Origin: Tubiluchus corallicola
Taxonomy: Eukaryota; Animalia; Priapulida
Direction of reading: 5' to 3'
DNA length: 64,000 nt
NCBI GenBank assembly: GCA_030141605.1
Contig: JAQGDQ010000144.1
Location: 1 to 64,000 of the forward strand
The notes under the pieces are model-generated. The model was not told the origin of the DNA. It saw only the letters and a program-made list of their open reading frames with translations, and searched no databases. This document shows positions 11,001 through 22,600 of the stretch, piece after piece (within the stretch, counting starts at the first letter, position 1; each line of letters opens with the position of its first letter). The position numbers and the translations under genes were made by a program.

Positions 11001-12639
11001 GTAATTATTTTGGATAAAGGCTTTTTTAATATTCAACTGCCAGTTATCACGAAGCATACTTTTTAACTAGTAAACCCATGATAATCTTTATTGATGTTCA
11101 TGTTCAAGGTCATACCAAAGTATACACAATAAAGTAGGGAAAGTTCTTCTGCACAGTAGTTCGCGCAGTTAGTGTCGCCCTAGCGGCTATTCAGTACGGC
11201 CTGTTGTTGTCAGGTACGCAACAGCGCAGGCTGTGGGTACTGTAGCAGATGAATTGATGAGACCATCAAAACCAGCCCGGTTAACAGGCGCTCATAAATT
11301 GCTCAGCAGTGAGTTGCAAAAACACAAAAAAATATCTTTTTAAATTTTGCAAGGATGCAGCCAGGTAATTATAATAAAATGTTAATTATAACACAGTTTT
11401 GAAACTTTTGTTACTAGTTAAATATTTTGTACGCTAAGCAAAGACTGCAAGGCCTACATCTCTCTTTGACGATTTATAGCAGCTGTTATCTTTTTGAATA
11501 TTATTTAAAGCAAGCATAAGGCATTAAGAATAATTTGTAGTTAAAATAAAAATTATTATAATCATATCTCATAAAAATTAATAGGCTTATTTACAAAAGA
11601 AGTTAAGAAAGTTGATCAAAAGAAAGAATACCTGGCTCATGTAGTATTCGATTTCTGGAGAAATATTTTTTCTAAAAAACATTTCTATTTCATATGTTCT
11701 TATCAGGAAATATAACTTGAAGAAATATTAGGCCTGACTTTCATGTGTAATACCTTTCATAGAAAAAAATCGATTTTTTCAGAAGAGCAAATAATTTTCC
11801 AGAACATAACTTAATCTAAGCATCTACATGTTTTGTTAATTCCAAGTTAAAAAATGTTTAAAAAGCATATAATCATACATTGGCCTTTGTTATGAGTTGG
11901 AGTTAGTTATAAAATTACGTTGAACAAGCAGAGATGCATTTACGACATTACTCCTCTTTTTTATTATCAGTGAACAAAAAATAATCGAAGGAAACATCAG
12001 AGCTGTCATCCTAAGCAGCCGACATAACTTCCACCTCTATAACAACCAACTAACTATGTCAAAACCTAGTTAAAGAATTCTGGCGAGAAGCATAAATTGC
12101 ACGCATATCTTTAATAATTTTTTCATTTTCATTTAAGTAAGGTGAGTGTGTTAATGACCGTATGGTTGTACACTCACCTCACACTACTCAAATCATTTTA
12201 TTTATTGTTTATTTATGTGTACAATATTTTATTTTGATGTGTGAAATAAAATTCATAGTTCATAGTTCCGTCTTTCTTTTAACTCTCTCTCTATCTCTCT
12301 CCCTCTCTTTCTCTCTAAGAGAGGCAGGGGGAGAAAAATCAATAAATCAATGAAAAATGCATTACTTCTTTACATAGCAGGCAGCCCATCATGCAGTCAG
12401 CTAGCCTCTTTGCTCAGGAAAAACAATAAAATTTTACTTACAAGAAAACTGAGCAGGCATTTGCAAGTACATAATGCTTATTGCTACAATTTTTTTCCTT
12501 TTCATGAAACGTTTTCAGTTTTTTTAAACTAATAATTGCTTTTAATTGAGATATACTTCTTTTATTAAAAACGCAAAAGTGATTTTGGCTTATCAAAATT
12601 GCACGTATGCCAACACTACTGGTGAGCTTAATAATATTA

Positions 12640-12790
12640 TTATTACAGTCAATGCGGCGCTCCAAATTTTTTACTGAATCGCCGTTTGATGCCGCCAGCA
12701 TAGCCGCTAATCGCAAAAATGAAATACGTAACAATAGGCGGTTTTCGTCACTTCCTCTTCATACACTTTGGTCATACTTCGCTCTGCAGA
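12640..12790 (+). promoter_or_regulatory. CpG-enriched probable promoter of the zinc-finger gene
   Basis: Local CpG cluster (gcggcgc, cgccg, gccgcc, ggcgg) and ETS-like cacttcct, ~1.1 kb upstream of the acceptor atttacAG (13857-13858) that precedes the ATG. Promoter role is inference. Confidence 0.35.
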
Positions 12791-13862
12791 TAAAATCATA
12801 GATCGGTTGCTTTGTCATGAACGATTTCTTCTATTGCTAATTTTGCACATTGATTTGTCGTCCAGATTAAAACAGATATTTTGACAAGGGAAAAACTTGT
12901 TAGGTGTTTTATGAAAAGCTCAAGTTTACCGTGTTTTCATGTTGGTAGCTTAATAGATTATTTAGTTATGATTTACATTCAGTAATTTTTATGCTCAGGT
13001 TATGTTTTTTGTTAAAATGCAATGTTAAGAAGTGCATGTTTTCCCATGCAACTGCCGTTAATAGTATTAGCATTATTAATTATTTCGACTTTACATAGCG
13101 TATGTTACGCTATTGATTAATGATATTATCAAGCTTCGTTTGAGAACCTGGGTCGAAATGTCCACATACAAATCGAATTAGTTTAACCTAAAATTTTCTA
13201 CTGATTAAGTAAGTTAATCTGCAATAATAAATATCATAAGCAATAAATTATCTGTAATTCTTCCTCTTTGTAAAAAATCTACCTAGACCATTCCTGGAGT
13301 GTGGCTATTGCTCTTTGGGCGCTGCAATATGTATCACTAAGAAAAGGATGCTGAATGTCTAAGTAAACGATGTCCACCTTAGAACCTTAATTTGGTAGCA
13401 TAATCTACTGAGTGATCCGAATGATGTTAGAGTGATCCGAATTACTTCTCTGAAAGTGTTCATAAAGAGATGCGTGGTTGTGAGTGAAAATTGTATGTAT
13501 AGTATTCGTGTACAAATATGTAATTTTCAGTCTTTTTTTCCAACCTTGTGTCAGTGACATGAAGACTGGAGTCAATGAATGAATAGTAATAGCAATAGCA
13601 CAGAATGATTCTATGAAGTTCTGAATGCTGACTGTACTGTGTAAGAGTAGTCACCATTAGAACCTTACAATTAGGGTTAGGATATTTTAAAGGCAAGTAA
13701 AAAACCCGACGTTAATTCTTGGGCTGGGAAACATTTTTCTGTGTCAGTCCAACAGTTATAATTTTTGTAAGCAGTAATAAATTTAAAATTCATCATTATT
13801 CACTGTGCATGTAAATAGTTGTATCATTTACCTGGCATTGTATAAATTATATTTACAGTGGA

Positions 13863-15564
13863 ATGGCGGTCAATCTGTCTCAGATTACCTTATATGCAAC
13901 AGACATTTCTGGTTCGGATAACACTGCGAAACCTATTGGTTTCATATGTCTAGGAGAAGTAACGGATGCATGGGAGGCAAAGCGACACACAAGTGGTTTT
14001 ACTAGTCATGAGCAGTTTGCGTGGGCCTTGTTGAAAGCATATGAGCAGCACAGAGGAGCCGTGTTACTAGATCAACTTGCAGGCAAGGCTGATGTAGAAA
14101 AAGGGTGGGTTTGTTTAAATCTATGTTTATTTGTCTTTTGTGCAAGCACCCACATTTGCAGATGTTTGTCTTATATGGTCTCAATGACATGCAAGCGGTC
14201 TGTGTTACTAAAAATTCTGCCTAATTTTTTTAAATAAAGTTAAATTTGTTCCCATCATTTTTCGCATTTTGTAGAACTTTGTATTTTGTGCATTTGTAAC
14301 AAAAGTATTTGCTTATTATGTTAGGGATGATTCCTCAATTGCTTTGGTTACGGATATCCTGCCTCTACAGAATGACGACATTCAAGAAAACGACGAACTT
14401 ACAACTACTAAAAATAGCAAGCAGCTTAATGAAAAGCATGATAGTGAAAAACAGCCAATAGATATTAGCAACAATGAAGCTGATGATGGGAAAAGGACTA
14501 TTAGTGATAAAACACTAGAGCCAGAAAATTTTAATATAGAAAATGTAAATCTTGTAAAGGTTGAACTAGATGATGGCACATACGATGCTGCTCTTGAAAA
14601 AACCATCTCGTGCGCATTTGGCTCAAGTCACAACAATACAGAAAATTTAGATGCTGATAAAGAGCATGCACAAGCAGATACCTGTGCTGCAAACAATTTT
14701 TATTTATGGAACAATAAATCAAAATTCCAAGAATACACTGGAGATTTTGTCAGCAGTGAAAGAGCACAATCATCTGTGATGACCACTGTAGGTGCTAATT
14801 CCATCAGATCATTCCAAGAAATGCCAAATAAAATCGATGCAGCTAGCTCGATAATTGCTGTGAATGCCTCGGAGTGCTCAATCAAATGTAAGCACTGTCC
14901 AGAAACCTTCTACAACCACTCCGATGTGCGCTTTCACGAGAAAAACGTGCATGGTATGATGCCGTGCTACCGGTGCGACTTCTGTAACAGGACATTCACA
15001 CAGCGGAACAACTACGAGGACCACATACGATCCCACACAGGAGAAAGGCCTTTCGAATGCAATGTCTGCAGTAAGAGATTCACCAGTAAGAAGTCACGTC
15101 AGCAACATTCCAAGTTTCATGGTGGCCCCGGGTCCCTTCTGAAATGCAGCATTTGTGACAAACTGTTGGCTTCCGCGAGTAAGATGGTAACTCATATGCG
15201 GTCCCATACAGGAGAAAAACCATTTCAGTGTTCTGAGTGTCCTCAGAGCTATGCGACCAAACAGTCGCTACAAACTCACATTCAGATAAACCACGTCGAA
15301 GCTGCTGAGTTGTATAAATGCACGCAGTGCGACAAGGTGTTCAAGACGATGAAGCATGCCAGGCAGCACATGGTTACTCATTCTGAAGTTAAGCGCCACG
15401 TCTGTGCAGTATGCGGAAACGCATTCAAGAGACGATCGCAGCTGAATTCGCATGCCAGAGTTCACAAGGTGCGTGAGCGGTCTTACGTATGTAATATATG
15501 TGGTGCCGGTTTTATGGAACGAGTGTGCTTAAAGAGACATGAATCTACTCACATTACCAGCTAA
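13863..15564 (+). CDS. C2H2 zinc-finger protein, 8 fingers, ~493 aa; join(13863..14104,14325..15564)
   Basis: Donor GG|gtgggt at 14105 and acceptor ttAG| at 14324 are both phase 2 and join the two ORFs (..VEKG|DDSSIALVTD..). Eight C2H2 fingers with HTGE(R/K)PF linkers; acidic linker contains a VKVE SUMO consensus. Confidence 0.9.
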
Positions 15565-15653
15565 AAACTCATCAATTGTAAAGTTAATTTGAGTGTGTGA
15601 ATAACTAAATTATTTTATTGTTATGATGTATTTCTGGAGTTTTTACCAAATAC

Positions 15654-17034
15654 CAAATTTTATATTCCAATACGTATTTCAGCACTTTGTGAGATCATCT
15701 AATATCTATAAGACAATATGACACGTACATATTCAAAATATTTTAAACATGAGTGCAAAATGATGAATGTAATCATCGAAACTAAGAGAACAATCATATT
15801 CTTGCAGAAATAGTTACCTAAGTATGAGTATAATTATAATATCTCACTCAATATTTTACCTACTTTACCTTTTACCATAATCATATTTTTTATAAAAGAA
15901 AAACAATTAAAGCAAATCTTCTTATCACCAACCTAACCTCCAATGTGGGAAGCCCATCAGAACTAAGCAGACAACATGCTGTGTGTAGGTCGTTTTACTG
16001 CTGTACTGACCATGGCAAACTTGCATTGTAACAGCACCATTAATTAAAAAAAATAATTAAGAGACTGCTTAAGTTCATTTTTGTTACTGAGGATAGGAGT
16101 TAAACTATTGCGTTGAGCAAGGAACGTTAGAGTTTGAACATTCGAATCGAATTCCACCTAGTTTTTTTACTTTGAATGATATTTGAACCTAATCTAATAT
16201 TATAGATTGGAATAATTCAGCACTTCAACCACATACGTTCTTTATCATTAAAATGTTTGAAATATCACGTAATTGGCACAATTTAGCTACGATTTCTGTG
16301 CGCAATTTTTAAGCAAATTATTGGTGGTTTTACTGCAGAGCAAAATCAAATCATATGCGTGCTCTTTGTAGGACAACTTTTTACTGGTGGTTTGAAAACT
16401 TGTCGGAAAATCTTTCAAACTCGGTTCGAATTCGAAATACTGAAATTCAGTGCAATTCGAATTCGAAAGTCTTAAATGTGATTCGGTTGGAATTCCTTTT
16501 TCTGGTAGATAATGCTGTCCTCTAATAAACAAGCCTTAATGAACTTGCATCACACCCCGCCAATATTCAGCTAATCTAGCCTTCAAATGTTGACAGGTTT
16601 TGCTGACATAGCGACCAGATCATGCCTGACAACAAAATCTGTAGACTATGTTATGCTGTACATCAGCAGGCACATGTGACTTGAGCATAGACAGAACAGA
16701 TTGAACAGAGAATAGACAGTGTGTAATGCTGCGAATACCACTTGAACATCTGGAACAATTCATCTCCTTTTATGCCCAACCAAGCAGGAATAGGATCAGT
16801 ATGGAATTTTAAGAACTTGGTATGATTCTGCAAAAGTGAATGATATCCTAGTTATACTTTAGCTTAGTTAACTTGTTTGTTCTCTTATGGTGGATGACTG
16901 TGTTTAGAGTCTTTGTTTAATGTTTATAATTAATGCTCATAAGGTTCAAAATACGTTGAATATATGTTATATTGTCTGTAAAACCCTTTGTGATCTCCCA
17001 AAGTGCTGAAATACGTATTAGATAATAAAATCTG
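15654..17034. mobile_element. Probable non-autonomous DNA transposon relic bounded by ~44-bp inverted repeats
   Basis: 15654-15697 (caaattttatattccaatacgtatttcagcactttgtgagatca) is the near reverse complement of 16991-17034 (tgatctcccaaagtgctgaaatacgtattagataataaaatctg). No clean TSD seen. Confidence 0.5.
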
Positions 17035-18613
17035 AATCTGACTGGTATTTTTATGTTAGTGTAATTATGTGGGCGCAATATTTAGATTGTAAATGTTGTC
17101 TCGTTTTGTATGTAAATCATGTATGAACATTATACAAGAAGAATTAAGGTGCTCTATGCTTTTTTAACATGCAAAACTATCCCAGTTGTCACATCACAAA
17201 CAGGAAACAGCAATATCTTCTGTGGTTTTTTAACATTTTTGGTCAGCGCTCTAGCTTCTCCTAGGTGTCTCCATTTCGGGCTCCGTCATGCTTGTTATTT
17301 TTTTACATTACATCTCATTTTATTGTCAGTATAAAAATTATTAAAAATTGGTATCCATTCATGCTATAGTAGCCATTTCAAATTATTTGTTTTCCTTAAC
17401 TATTTTTTTCATTTTCCGACGACTTATGGTGTATTGAACAAAATACGTACCATATCACTTTCTCTAAATAAAAAAGTAAAAGCCGTGTCAGGCATCTTTT
17501 CATGACTTTATCTAAATTTTAAACTAAATGTTTCACTGTATTTGTTTAATAAATGCCAATACATGTGTAACTGCATGAGCACTAGGTGAAATGCCTTCAG
17601 AAATTGTTTATACTGCTTTTGTTTGTGGTGTGACAGCATGGGTCACAAATAGCTAATGTTGCAAAAATAGCCATTTAAATACATGGCCCTCACTGAATGT
17701 TACAGCGACTATTAGAGATGCCATTAAACATATACAAAAGTAATCACCCTTGTGTATAAGCACAGTGTTCTTCACATGCCATATTCAGTTGTGCTGCTGT
17801 TATGAAGGTTTTCATAATTGCACAGTTATAGTGCTAAATATAGACAGAGCACACAATTGGTTTTGTAAGTAATGCAAACAAGAGCATTCTGACAGTGTTA
17901 TCGTGTTATAGTAATAATTTTATCACGTTACAGTAATTTATTTATTTCCATTCATTTTTATTCCATTACACATGTATTAATTTATTAACTATTAGGCTAA
18001 ACCACAACTTTCACTAATGTAGCTATAGCTACTTAAAATATGTACCAGTTAATAACTTTTAGTAAAGGTGGTACTATTTATGTTTATTGCAAGTTACTAA
18101 TAAATTTATAACATGGAGTACCTAGTTCACATGTTTTTTAGCATAGTACAAAAAGCACAAATTACTAAACAGTGCTCATATGTAACAAAAGCACTATGCG
18201 AATTATCATAATTCATATGATAATTATGTTGACATCAAAATTAGAAGTATGTAAAACTCAACAAGTAAATCAATGATACTTTTGCACTAATGATGCCCTT
18301 ATAACAGTTTAATTTTTTCATTCTATAATTTGTTTCAATTTAGAATATAATACAACTTCTAATTATCAGTACTTATTGATAATACCAATTAAAACAGATT
18401 CATTAAAACTCCTTGTATAAATTTAAATTAATTTCACATATAATTTTTTTAAGTTGTCCGAGCAACTAAATTTAATTGTACGTATTTCCATAAATCTGAA
18501 CACACCATATAAAATCTATTACTACAAATTTATAATAAACTGTTTGCCCCAAGCATGGTGCCTAATTACAGTACATCCTTACGCATAGTAGAAAGCAATG
18601 ATAGACATAATCT

Positions 18614-18689
18614 TTAGTAATAACTTAATTATGGAGGTATCTTAACAACAATAGTAATAACTTAATTACGGAGGTATCTTAATAACAAC
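18614..18689. repeat. Tandem duplication ~37 bp x2
   Basis: tagtaataacttaatta(t/c)ggaggtatcttaa(c/t)aacaa repeated twice. Confidence 0.8.
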
Positions 18690-19065
18690 TTTATCCATGC
18701 TTTATTCACCATTGTACTGTGAATTTATTCATCGCTATTTCAACTGGAAGTCTTTATTAGAATTTTTATAAAACTATAAATACAAATTTTAAATTTGAGT
18801 AAATAAAACTAATTATAGACAATAACCAGACTAGATATCACATCAGATTTTAACAGTAAGCACTTACATAAAATACTACACGATTGTAATACATTATGGA
18901 CATTAACAATGATTTAGAATTTTATATAATGAGGCAATATGTTGATAAGGATTGAGACAACAATTTTATAAGGATCACACTTAAGTAATTATAAAGCCAT
19001 GTTACACAATTCCTAATGAAACTTAACAATAAAAAGATTAATAATTGCAGCACTTGTCTTGCACA

Positions 19066-19378
19066 TTTTACTGATTTGTACATAAGTTACTAGAAAGTCA
19101 TTTTCTCACAATAATTAAAATCTTATTAAAGGAAATGTAATAAGGAAAATGAAAAACTACCCTCTAGACTTTGCTACCATTTAACAGAAAGGTAAAAGGA
19201 AAGTGAATAGAAGATGGAAATATAAATAATCACTGCAAAACTGTAATTCACCCAGGACAGGCTGCTACTCATTTCATTACATTGGTAAGCATCAAAGGTG
19301 AAAAATTTTACTGATTTGTACATAAGTTATCTGAAAGTCATCTTCTCACAATAATTAAAACCTTATTAAATGAAATTT
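19066..19378. repeat. ~70-bp direct repeat pair 240 bp apart, downstream of the GLB1 stop
   Basis: ttttactgatttgtacataagtta...gaaagtcat.ttctcacaataattaaaa.cttattaaa.gaaat at 19066 and 19306. Confidence 0.8.
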
Positions 19379-19645
19379 ACTAAATCAACAGTTGAATAAT
19401 CTGTACACAATATTGCTTGATACAAATACAATGACTGAATAGGCATCTGGTGTGTCATAAACCAATTCTAATTTTCACAAATTAGATGCAAGCATTAATT
19501 TTTTTAAATTTCAAATATGTTTGAATGTCACATTCTATTTTTTTGCACAGCACAGCAAACTAGCAAATTGATAAAACGATTTCGGCAAAAATTGGTAGAC
19601 ATATTACCATTATCACAGTAACACTTTGTATTAAAACTAGCATTT

Positions 19646-22600
19646 TCACAGCTCCAGCACAGGCATAAAGTTATTATCATTCGAAAGTTTTTGCACTGAA
19701 CCAGTGGGTTGTTTCAGTGGTGGTCCATCTAAGATGGGATAACTTATAGATGTCATGGTACATCCATTAGTAGTCCAATCTGAATTGCAGGGTGCCCAGT
19801 CTAGTTCAAATAAAACTAATACGTTTTTAGTTGGGGCGGGATGAAGGACCGAAGCTGGTACAAAAAGCGTGATCTGTGGGCCAGCTACAGGCCAATACCG
19901 GCCCAAGTTAAAACCATTCACAAAGGCTACACCCTAAAAAGAAAACAAAAAACTAATCAACAATGCTGAAATGCTAACGTAAGCAATAAACTATTTCAAA
20001 AATTAGAATTTCACTCAGCAAGTATAACACATCTGAGAGCATGTTGCTATAGCTGTACATGTTACTGTACAATGAGCATACAGATTTTGTACAGAAAGTT
20101 GATAGTCCAAAGAACTTAAATAAATGTGTTTTTAACTGTTTAATCCCAGCATAAGTCTGCAGTCTACCTGCTCTTGTTATGTTTAACTCATACCTAGCAT
20201 ACAAAACCCAGTAAGTCAAAATTATTTTCAGACTACAGTTTTCTTTCCTGTTACCAGCAGTTAACAGTAATAACTCAAAATGCAAGGAAAGAAAGTAAGC
20301 TGCCACACGATGTGTGATGTTTGATAATCTGAACATGTTTGTTGAAAATCTACATTTAATGCAGATGTCTTGGGTTGGGTGGCCGAGTGGTTTAGATTTC
20401 GGAATTCAACCACGCAGTGTTGTGTTCGAGACTACTGGCTGCAAATGCCAGAGCATATACCCTACATGTTATTCATTATTTGCCTGTTACGTCCTTACCT
20501 GTAGTGTTGTAAGAAAAAGTTGCTAAATAGCCATTAGTACGAATATTGTCTGTTAAATGAGCGACGGTAAAAAAATTTTGAATTTTGTCTTTTCTTGCAA
20601 ACTATATAATTTTATAATCTTCAAGCGAAGGCATCACCCAATTGTTTCTGGCAGTCAGTAATACTTCCACAAGAAACATCACCATAATATAGTGGCTACT
20701 TGCAAAAGCTTAGCTACATGGAAACCTTTTCCTACCTGTAGCTGCTTATCAGTAGTTCTGTGCATAATGTTGAGGCTGAATGAGTTTCAACGCCAAACTT
20801 AAAGTAAATGGTAAAACATAATTATGTAATACACTAATTATCATCATCAAAGCTTTGAATACACAATATATACCTTGTACCATCCTGATGTATCTAGGAA
20901 AGTATCTTCTGGTTTGGAAGTATTTAAGACAAACTCTGCCACATAAAATGATGGAACTTGGTCCAAATCTGAAAGTTGGGGAATTGTCACTTGGCATTAC
21001 ATTTAAAACTTTAGAAACGCAGCACATTCTACAAATGCACAAATATACAGCTTGTGTGTTTCACCTATTTATCATTGCCTTTCCCAAATCACTTGCACCA
21101 GTGTAGCATCATAGCATGTGCGATAACGTATCAATGTTTAATTCACTATATTACAATGAAGTTGTGCAGTAAAAAGGGAAACAGTTTTCAACTTTAACGT
21201 GGTACTAAGAATGAGCTTCTACTTTTTACATGTAAATGTTAGTAATTTACATTTAGACAAAATAGTAAAAATATATTAAGGGACCAACTCAACAGATTAG
21301 GCTATTAGCAGCCTGCACATCTAGTGCAGTAACATGAAAACACTAAGCAGCTCATTTAGCATAGTCTCTTTAGCATAGCAATCAAAAATACTGTTGTTTA
21401 ATGTAAAAATGCATAATACAGTTACACATCTAGCAAATCGCAAAAATGCAAAAAAAAACATAGATGTTGTCTGTTATCACACGTGAGAGTCAAAAGTTTA
21501 AAAATAAATAATATACACAACACTATGTTTAGATGTCTGTAGCACAGATTTTCACTTCTGTAAGTCAGCTCAGGTATTAAAATCCTGGTTGAGAAAATTG
21601 CATTCAAGCTGTATTAAAATGTTGCAAAAGAGGAGGCAAAGGTAGTTTGCATAACAGCGATTATTTACTCTAGTAAAACTCATTTACCTAACATGTAAAG
21701 GTGTACCATCGTAAATTAATGAACTAATGATATTCACTTTTAATTCAAACTTTGACCAATAAAAAATATTAGAGTAAAAATCGAAAAATCAGAATTGGAA
21801 GTTAGGAAAAACCCAAAAATAATACTTTTTCAGTGAAACACCCTATGTAAAAAACACAGAGAAACACCCTACATGAAATACCACAGAGAAACACCCTCAT
21901 AAAATACCACAGAGAAACACCTTACGTAAAATACCTCAGAAAAACACCCTAAATAAAATATCAGAGAAACACCCTACATAAAATACCAAAGAGAATCATT
22001 ACATGAAATACCACAGAAAAATATAAGATATCCTATATAAGAGAAATCTTATATAAGATAACCAATCAGACAGCTTCCAGTTTAATTGCTCGGACTATAA
22101 AAAGCCAGTCTTGTTTTTACTAGACTTGTCAGTGTAAATCAGCTATTAATTGCAGGCAGGTGTCAACAGATGCTAAACACTCACTCAAATTTGGATCAAT
22201 ATTCCCAGCACAACCATAATTGCCATCAGCTTGCATGGCACAACGCTTGTGCATTTTATGCATCCTTCCTCTGTGCATTCTGCGGTCCAATCTTTGTGTA
22301 CAGCATGAAGACGGGGTAACTTGAGCTAGCCAGTCAGAATGATTCAGTGGCAAGGAGTAGATTTCCCAGTCATGTAGTGTTGTCCCATCAAGTGTTACAT
22401 GATGGATGAGACCCTGCGATAAAAAAACTGTGAAAGTAAGTCAAAAAAAGGCATTTTGATCGGCTGGCACAAAAACTAAACAAGCCGATAACTGCAACAA
22501 TAACAAATAACATTTTTTCCCTGTAGATTGCAATAATAAAATTACCAAACAATGACAAAATTACCTCAAGCAATTTCATTTTTGGCACAGATCTTTTGTA

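Noticed and set aside
20969-21042. Longer version of GLB1 exon 13 using the upstream acceptor at ~21029
   Set aside because: In-frame stop codons in the GLB1 frame; the acceptor at 20969 gives a clean junction
21835-22020. Regular ~27-bp repeats that could suggest a CRISPR array
   Set aside because: Head-to-tail units with no unique spacers, inside a eukaryotic intron and with no cas genes; a minisatellite
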